In this document: positions 57,894-63,157 of the stretch, piece by piece | How positions within the stretch are numbered: position 1 is the stretch's first letter | Layout of the letters: every line of letters begins with the position of its first letter | Made by a program: the position numbers and the translations under genes | The notes under the pieces: generated by a model | The model's input: the letters and a program-made list of their open reading frames with translations, nothing else | What the model was told of the DNA's origin: nothing | Databases searched by the model: none | DNA from: a virus | Taxonomy: Duplodnaviria; Caudoviricetes | IMG/VR virus record: IMGVR_UViG_3300033272_000024 | Coordinates: 1-63,157 of that record | Length of the DNA stretch: 63,157 bases | Strand: one strand, 5' to 3'

Positions 57894-58805
57894 ATGGCTA
57901 TTTCACGCGCACAACTACTTAAAGAACTGCTTCCGGGCCTGAACGCTTTGTTCGGCATGGAGTATGCAAAATACGGCGAAGAGCATAAAGAAATCTACGA
58001 AACCGAATCGTCGGAACGTAGTTTTGAAGAAGAAACCAAACTCTCTGGTTTCTCCGCTGCTCCAGTCAAGTCTGAGGGTGCTGCCATTGCTTATGACAAT
58101 GCACAAGAAGCTTGGACTGCACGTTACAACCACGAAACTATCGCGATGGGCTTTTCCATCACGGAAGAGGCTGTGGAAGATAACTTGTATGACTCGCTGT
58201 CCTCACGTTATACCAAGGCTCTGGCCCGTGGTATGGCTTACACCAAGCAAGTTAAAGCTGCTTCTATCCTGAATAACGCTTTCTCCGCAGGTTATACCTA
58301 CGGCGACGGTACTACTCTGTGTAGCACTCAGCATCCTTTGGTTGCCGGTGGCTACAACAGCAATCGTCCATCTACCGGCGCTGACTTGAATGAAACATCG
58401 TTGGAAAACGCTGTCATTCAGATCGCCGCTTGGACTGATGAGCGTGGCCTGTTGATCGCAGCTAAGCCTAAGAAGCTGGTTGTTCCTCCTTCGCTGATGT
58501 TCGTTGCTACCCGCTTGCTTGAAACGGAACTCCGTGTCGGCACTGCTGATAACGACATCAACGCATTGAAGAGCAATGGTTCGATTCCAGAAGGTTACTG
58601 CGTTAACCATTTCTTGACCGACACCAACGGCTGGTTCTTGCTGACTGACGTTCCAAATGGTCTGAAACATTTCGTGCGTACACCGTTGCAGAATTCGATG
58701 GATGGTGATTTCGACACGGGCAACGTTCGCTACAAAGCTCGTGAACGTTATTCGTTCGGCGTGTCTGATCCACTGGGCATCTTCGGTTCGCCGGGTTCGT
58801 CTTGA
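57894..58805 (+). CDS. Major capsid protein (Mu gpT-like, HK97 fold)
   Basis: MAISRAQLLKELLPGLNALFG...EG..I.YD...GDFDTGNVRYKARERYSFG.SD. Confidence 0.92.
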   Translation: MAISRAQLLKELLPGLNALFGMEYAKYGEEHKEIYETESSERSFEEETKLSGFSAAPVKSEGAAIAYDNAQEAWTARYNHETIAMGFSITEEAVEDNLYDSLSSRYTKALARGMAYTKQVKAASILNNAFSAGYTYGDGTTLCSTQHPLVAGGYNSNRPSTGADLNETSLENAVIQIAAWTDERGLLIAAKPKKLVVPPSLMFVATRLLETELRVGTADNDINALKSNGSIPEGYCVNHFLTDTNGWFLLTDVPNGLKHFVRTPLQNSMDGDFDTGNVRYKARERYSFGVSDPLGIFGSPGSS

Positions 58806-58846
58806 TAGTGAGGCTCTAGGCTTATAGCTTAGAGTGTCTATTTAAG

Positions 58847-58871
58847 AAAGGGGGCTTCGGTTCCCTTTTTT
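58847..58871 (+). terminator. Intrinsic terminator after the MCP gene
   Basis: AAAGGGGGC-TTCG-GTTCCCTTTTTT. Confidence 0.85.
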
Positions 58872-58872
58872 G

Positions 58873-58901
58873 TTGCCATATAAACAGCAACGTGCTATAT
58901 T
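58873..58901 (+). promoter_or_regulatory. Sigma70-like promoter (extended -10)
   Basis: TTGCCA-N17-TATATT with TG upstream of the -10. Confidence 0.65.
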
Positions 58902-58908
58902 AAAAGCA

Positions 58909-58985
58909 CTCCGGGCTTTCCGGTGTATCAAACAGTCCCGGCTGACGACATGCAGATTGATACACTCCACTTGCATGTAAGGACA
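58909..58985 (+). ncRNA. Double-pseudoknot structured RNA (candidate Mu-gpT downstream element)
   Basis: GTGTATCAA/TTGATACAC stem; CCGGG/CCCGG and ACATGCA/TGCATGT pseudoknots. Confidence 0.65.
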
Positions 58986-58989
58986 CATC

Positions 58990-59199
58990 ATGGCAACCAC
59001 CACATTCTCCGGCCCAGTCGCATCAAAAAACGGCTTTGTATCCGCAGCAATCGCTACATCCGCACTTCCCGCTTTCGCCTCAGTACCAGCCGGAACCGTC
59101 TATGTCATCAATGACAACGGCGCAGGCAATAACGAGTACTGCATTGTCATCGCTACACCCGCAGCTTGGGTTACTGCTGTTGGTGCTGCACTCAGTTAA
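58990..59199 (+). CDS. Small virion protein (MATTTFSGPV family)
   Basis: AAGGA RBS; conserved N-terminal motif. Confidence 0.75.
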   Translation: MATTTFSGPVASKNGFVSAAIATSALPAFASVPAGTVYVINDNGAGNNEYCIVIATPAAWVTAVGAALS

Positions 59200-59242
59200 T
59201 TAATCTCAAGGGCTTCGGCCCCTGTTTACTAGGAGATTAATC

Positions 59243-60001
59243 ATGGCAACATCAGTTCTTTCTTCAATTTCACGTTTTGGCCTTACTGAGCCATTTGATT
59301 TGCAAGTTGCTCGTGGGCAAATTACAGGGCACAGCACGGTAAATATTTACGGCTACCAAGGAGTAGTTGCGAATACTTTTATTCCAACGTGGGCTGTTGT
59401 TGGTGCGTATGCGTATCCCGCTTCAGCAACACAAATGAATTTAGTCAGTACGGTAAACAGTGGTGCTGATTTGACTGCGACTGTTTTTATCCAAGGCTTA
59501 GACGCAAATTACAACATCAGTTCGGAGACTCTCCAACTCAATGGTACGACGCCCGTGCCTACCGTGAATTCATACTTGCGCATCAATAATACAGCGGTAA
59601 ATTCAGGTGCGCCAACAGGGGTCATTACGCTAAAGAACCTAGCAAATACTGTTACCTACTCGCAAATAGCGGCAGGGTATGGCAGGGCGCAAGACGCGAT
59701 TTACACCGTCCCCGCAGGCTACACGCTTTATCTCAGCCGCATAGACGTATATGCCTCTCCAACCGGAAACACTGCTGACTATATGCTTTATCGAAATGTG
59801 CAAACTAGCTCCACAGGCGTGACTATTATTTCGCAACAAGCGCCATTTACTAGTCTTTATCATGCTCAACGGGTTATGCCAAGACCAATACTAGAAAAAA
59901 CAGATATTCAGTTGCAAGTTAGAACCAGTTCTAGTACAAATACCTATAATGTGGCAGTAGGGGTCGAGGCATATTTAATCCAGAACAATGGACAAGCGTA
60001 A
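59243..60001 (+). CDS. Virion structural protein
   Basis: AGGAG RBS; FDLQVARGQI.GH...QGLDANY...YTVPAGYT. Confidence 0.7.
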   Translation: MATSVLSSISRFGLTEPFDLQVARGQITGHSTVNIYGYQGVVANTFIPTWAVVGAYAYPASATQMNLVSTVNSGADLTATVFIQGLDANYNISSETLQLNGTTPVPTVNSYLRINNTAVNSGAPTGVITLKNLANTVTYSQIAAGYGRAQDAIYTVPAGYTLYLSRIDVYASPTGNTADYMLYRNVQTSSTGVTIISQQAPFTSLYHAQRVMPRPILEKTDIQLQVRTSSSTNTYNVAVGVEAYLIQNNGQA

Positions 60002-60258
60002 TGGCTAAGAAAAAAGGCCCGGTTCTCTCGGTTGGTCGCGGTGAAAAGCTGCCTGCCTCAAAAGGGGCTGGGCTGACTGCCAAAGGCCGTGCTAAATACA
60101 ACGCAGCTACAGGTAGCAACTTGAAGGCTCCACAGCCTCAAGGCGGCGCTCGTAAAGATTCATTCTGCGCTCGTATGTCCGGTATGCCGGGGCCAATGAA
60201 AGACGAAAAAGGCAAGCCCACCCGCAAGGCAGCTTCACTAGCAAGATGGAAGTGCTGA
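60001..60258 (+). CDS. Small basic conserved protein (GL..KGR...SFCARM...RWKC)
   Basis: TAATG overlap; strongly basic. Confidence 0.75.
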   Translation: MAKKKGPVLSVGRGEKLPASKGAGLTAKGRAKYNAATGSNLKAPQPQGGARKDSFCARMSGMPGPMKDEKGKPTRKAASLARWKC

Positions 60259-60259
60259 T

Positions 60260-60448
60260 ATGACCGAACACGCTAACACTGTTAAACAAATGGCCGATGT
60301 CGTTTCGGTAACCGCTACGATTGGATCGTTCTTGTCCATCCTTACGCCCGTATTCGGCTTGATTGGTGCCGTCTGGACATTGATGCGTATAGCGGAGATG
60401 ATTGCCGGAAAACCCTTCTCAGAATTTATCCGTAAAAAAGACAAGTAA
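60260..60448 (+). CDS. Small membrane protein (holin-like)
   Basis: Hydrophobic core and basic tail. Confidence 0.6.
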   Translation: MTEHANTVKQMADVVSVTATIGSFLSILTPVFGLIGAVWTLMRIAEMIAGKPFSEFIRKKDK

Positions 60449-60491
60449 TTTTCAACAGGCCGACAAGGCCATAACTCTCAAAGGTGGCGAT

Positions 60492-60677
60492 ATGGCTTCA
60501 AAAATGAACCCCGGCTTCATGGCGATGATGGCAAAGAAAAAAGACGGCACGCACAAAATGCCGGACGGCAAGAAGATGAATATGGGCGGCATGAGTTATG
60601 CCAAAGGCGGTGGTATTGAGTCCAAGGGCAAAACCCAAGGCAAAAATATTGCTATGAAAAAAGGCGGGAAGTGCTAA
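60492..60677 (+). CDS. Small basic GG-motif protein
   Basis: MNMGG, YAKGG, MKKGG and KGKTQGK; AAGGTGG RBS. Confidence 0.65.
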   Translation: MASKMNPGFMAMMAKKKDGTHKMPDGKKMNMGGMSYAKGGGIESKGKTQGKNIAMKKGGKC

Positions 60678-61723
60678 TGTCTAAAAATACCGAACCCATG
60701 AAAATGGACAAATCCAAGGACAAAGCCATGATTAAAAAAGCTTTTAAGCAGCATGACTTTCAAGAACACAAAGGCGGCAAAGGAACTAAGCTGGCTTTGG
60801 CTAAAGGTGGCAACGTCAAAACGAAACGTTTCGCGGAAGGTGGCATGACTGATGAAGAGCAAGAAGCCGCTGACAAAGCTGCTGGCTTGGCTGCATCCAA
60901 TAAAGAACCGTCTATTGGTTTCCTTGAGCGCTTGAAAGCTGGAAATATTGACGCCAAAGGCTCTGATGCTTACAACAAGTTTGGCGCTGGTCGTGGCGCT
61001 GCTGACCGTGCGGCCCGTGTACCCGTTGAAGACGCAGTACCAGTCAAAGTAAACCGTATGCCTCAGATGGGCGAAGATGAACGCCCTGCTGCTACTGGTA
61101 TGAGTGCAGCTACGCCTAGCGTCAAGCCTAAAGCAAAAGCTCCTACGCCTATGCCTGCGCCTGTCTCTGCTCCTGTTGCGCGTCCAAAGATTTCAGCATC
61201 AATGTCTTCGGCCTCTGCGCCAGATGAATTAGCTGAGTACTCTGCAAGCCGTAAGTCTGCTGGCGCTGGTCGTGGCGCTGTTGGTGGTGCTGCGGCTGGT
61301 GAAGCTGATAAGTATCAGAAAGACAAAGCTGAGAAGGAAATGTTTTCACCTCCTTCTAAAGAAGACATTGATAAAGGCATGGAAGCTGCCGCCATGATTC
61401 TTGGCCCCGGTACTAGTCTTAAAGCTCTTCAGGCTTTGGCTAAGAAGCTGGCTTCACGTGGCGCAAGCGGCGCAAGCACAGGCAAGATGGTTAGCACTAA
61501 ACTTGGCGGTGATGCAGTTGGCAAGCTGCGGTCAAGATCAAGCGCTCCTTACTTGAAAGAGTTGGGTAACTCGCCAACTAAAATTGGCAGTGAAACAAAG
61601 CAGATCGGCATGAAGTCTGGCGGCAAAGTTCAGCGAAACGTTTCGTCTAAAAAGTCATCTTCTGCATTTAAGCGCGGGGATGGTATCGCCACTAAAGGCA
61701 AAACTCGTGGAAAGATGGTGTAA
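60677..61723 (+). CDS. Low-complexity basic GG-motif protein
   Basis: LAKGG, FAEGG, MKSGG; ends GIATKGKTRGKMV. Confidence 0.7.
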   Translation: MSKNTEPMKMDKSKDKAMIKKAFKQHDFQEHKGGKGTKLALAKGGNVKTKRFAEGGMTDEEQEAADKAAGLAASNKEPSIGFLERLKAGNIDAKGSDAYNKFGAGRGAADRAARVPVEDAVPVKVNRMPQMGEDERPAATGMSAATPSVKPKAKAPTPMPAPVSAPVARPKISASMSSASAPDELAEYSASRKSAGAGRGAVGGAAAGEADKYQKDKAEKEMFSPPSKEDIDKGMEAAAMILGPGTSLKALQALAKKLASRGASGASTGKMVSTKLGGDAVGKLRSRSSAPYLKELGNSPTKIGSETKQIGMKSGGKVQRNVSSKKSSSAFKRGDGIATKGKTRGKMV

Positions 61724-61725
61724 CT

Positions 61726-61926
61726 ATGGCTACTAAAGAACAGATGCTGCAAGAAGTACAAGATATGAAAGATTCCGCTAAGGCAGAATCTGCATACAAC
61801 AGTGCAATGACTAATACACCAGCGGCCCCAAAGCCAAAGCCAAAGAAAATGGCTTCTGGCGGTTCGGTTTCAGGCCGTGCTGACGGCTGCGCTACCAAGG
61901 GTAAGACCCGTGGGAAGATGGTGTAA
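61726..61926 (+). CDS. Small GG-motif protein
   Basis: MASGG; ends GCATKGKTRGKMV. Confidence 0.7.
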   Translation: MATKEQMLQEVQDMKDSAKAESAYNSAMTNTPAAPKPKPKKMASGGSVSGRADGCATKGKTRGKMV

Positions 61927-61928
61927 TC

Positions 61929-62183
61929 ATGCGAGCTAGTCGTGGCATGGGCGCAATTTCTGAATCTAAGATGCCGAAGGGCAAGAAAACTGCTCGTCGT
62001 GACGATACCGACTTTACGCAATATGCTAAAGGCGGTGAAGTTTGGGATAAAGCTAGGCCAAAAGGTCTCGGCAAACCTAAAAAGTTAAGCTCTGAAAAGA
62101 AGGCAAGCGCCAAAAGCATGGCAAAAGCTGCGGGTCGGCCATACCCAAATTTAGTTGACAATATGAGAGCAGCGAAAAAATGA
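61929..62183 (+). CDS. Small basic GG-motif protein
   Basis: SRGMGAI...YAKGG...AGRPYPNLVDN. Confidence 0.7.
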   Translation: MRASRGMGAISESKMPKGKKTARRDDTDFTQYAKGGEVWDKARPKGLGKPKKLSSEKKASAKSMAKAAGRPYPNLVDNMRAAKK

Positions 62184-63100
62184 CAACTACAGGCTCGACA
62201 CTATTCAATTTAGAATTCACTGAGATAGCAGAAGAGGCGTGGGAGCGTGCTGGGCGTGAAATGCGCTCTGGCTACGACTTACGCACTGCTCGTCGCTCAA
62301 TGAATTTGATGACGATTGAATGGCAGAATCGAGGCATCAATATGTGGACAATGGAGCAAGGGGTGATTAACCTTGTTCCCGGTTTAAGCACCTATGCTTT
62401 GCCTACTGACACTATTGATCTGTTAGAGCACGTTGTACGCACCGGGCAAAACGTTTCGTCTACTCAAGCAGACTTGACGATTACCCGCATCAGCGTATCG
62501 ACTTATGCAACGATTCCAAACAAACTGCAACAGGCGCGTCCTATTCAGGTTTGGATTCAACGTATGTCTGGCGAAACAAATCCTACAGCGTTAACATTGA
62601 TTGGCGCTGTTAGTGCAGCCGACACTACTATTACGCTCAGTTCCGTAGCTGGCTTGGCAGGTTCTGGTTTTATTCGGCTCGACAACGAAGTAATTTATTA
62701 TGGATACCTGTCTGGCAACGTACTTGGGGGCGTATTCCGCGCTCAGAACAGCACTACAGCAGCATCCCACACTGATGGAACGGCTGTCTATGTGTCGCAA
62801 CTGCCAGCAATCACAGTCTGGCCGACGCCGGACAACAGCACGACCTACCAGTTTGTGTACTGGCGACTCCGCCGGGTGCAAGATGCAGGCGCTGGTGTGG
62901 AAACGGCTGATATGAACTTTCGCTTTCTACCGTGTGTAGTTGCTGGACTGGCTTACTACATTGCCATGAAAGTGCCGGAACTGATGCCGCGAATTGAAAT
63001 GTTGAAAATGATTTATGAAGAACAGTTTGTTTTGGCTGCTGGCGAAGACCGTGAAAAAGCTGCTGTAAGATTTGTCCCGCGCCAGATGCACATTGGATAA
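62180..63100 (+). CDS. Putative head-tail connector / tail tubular protein
   Basis: EEAWERAG...GYDLRTARRS.NL...W.NRGIN.W; RFLPCVVAGLAYY. Confidence 0.7.
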   Translation: MTTTGSTLFNLEFTEIAEEAWERAGREMRSGYDLRTARRSMNLMTIEWQNRGINMWTMEQGVINLVPGLSTYALPTDTIDLLEHVVRTGQNVSSTQADLTITRISVSTYATIPNKLQQARPIQVWIQRMSGETNPTALTLIGAVSAADTTITLSSVAGLAGSGFIRLDNEVIYYGYLSGNVLGGVFRAQNSTTAASHTDGTAVYVSQLPAITVWPTPDNSTTYQFVYWRLRRVQDAGAGVETADMNFRFLPCVVAGLAYYIAMKVPELMPRIEMLKMIYEEQFVLAAGEDREKAAVRFVPRQMHIG

Positions 63101-63157
63101 GCCATGAGCAATAAATTTGCTGCTGGCAAAAAAGCGATTGCTGAATGTGATCGTTGC
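63035..63157. repeat. 123-bp terminal direct repeat, copy 2
   Basis: Identical to 1-123. Confidence 0.97.

Noticed and set aside
11966-61644. GAAACGTTTC as canonical parS or as hammerhead ribozyme cores
   Set aside because: Canonical parS is GTTTCAC-GTGAAAC, with the opposite half-site order and a spacer; no CTGATGA core with flanking stems was seen near the copies I checked
1-63157. tRNA genes or an alternative genetic code
   Set aside because: No cloverleaf was noticed in intergenic gaps; TAA, TGA and TAG all end intact genes and coding density is high under code 11

Overview
This window looks like a complete tailed dsDNA phage genome with podovirus-like (P22-type) gene order. It is circularly permuted: bases 1-123 are repeated at 63035-63157, so the unit length is about 63,034 bp. 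The host is probably a Gram-negative bacterium, possibly an aquatic betaproteobacterium (inference only). The late module on the + strand runs terS, LexA-type DNA-binding protein, terL, portal, GroES-like co-chaperonin, scaffold, decoration protein and Mu gpT-like major capsid (50167-58805). It continues through small basic GG-motif proteins and head-tail proteins, tail fibres, holin and GH108 endolysin, a gp10-like tail protein, three putative ejection proteins and a 2205-aa polyvalent protein ending at 30796. The early/middle region (30.8-50 kb) holds SSB, ERF, a Cas4-like exonuclease, VRR-NUC, HNH, a ParB-like protein, helicase, Toprim primase and many tiny genes. I found no integrase, DNA or RNA polymerase, tRNA, CRISPR array or reverse transcriptase. 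The most notable unexplained signals are: (1) at least 19 perfect copies of the palindrome GAAACGTTTC across the genome, clustered at the terS/LexA-like junction; (2) a GNRA-rich non-coding segment of about 400 nt directly upstream of an HNH gene; (3) three covarying double-hairpin RNA elements in front of early genes; (4) a double-pseudoknot RNA with its own promoter downstream of the capsid gene; (5) a recurring [MFYL]-x-x-G-G peptide tag on virion proteins; (6) accessory Rap1a-like immunity and di-metal hydrolase genes. All family assignments come from motif recognition by eye, not from database searches.
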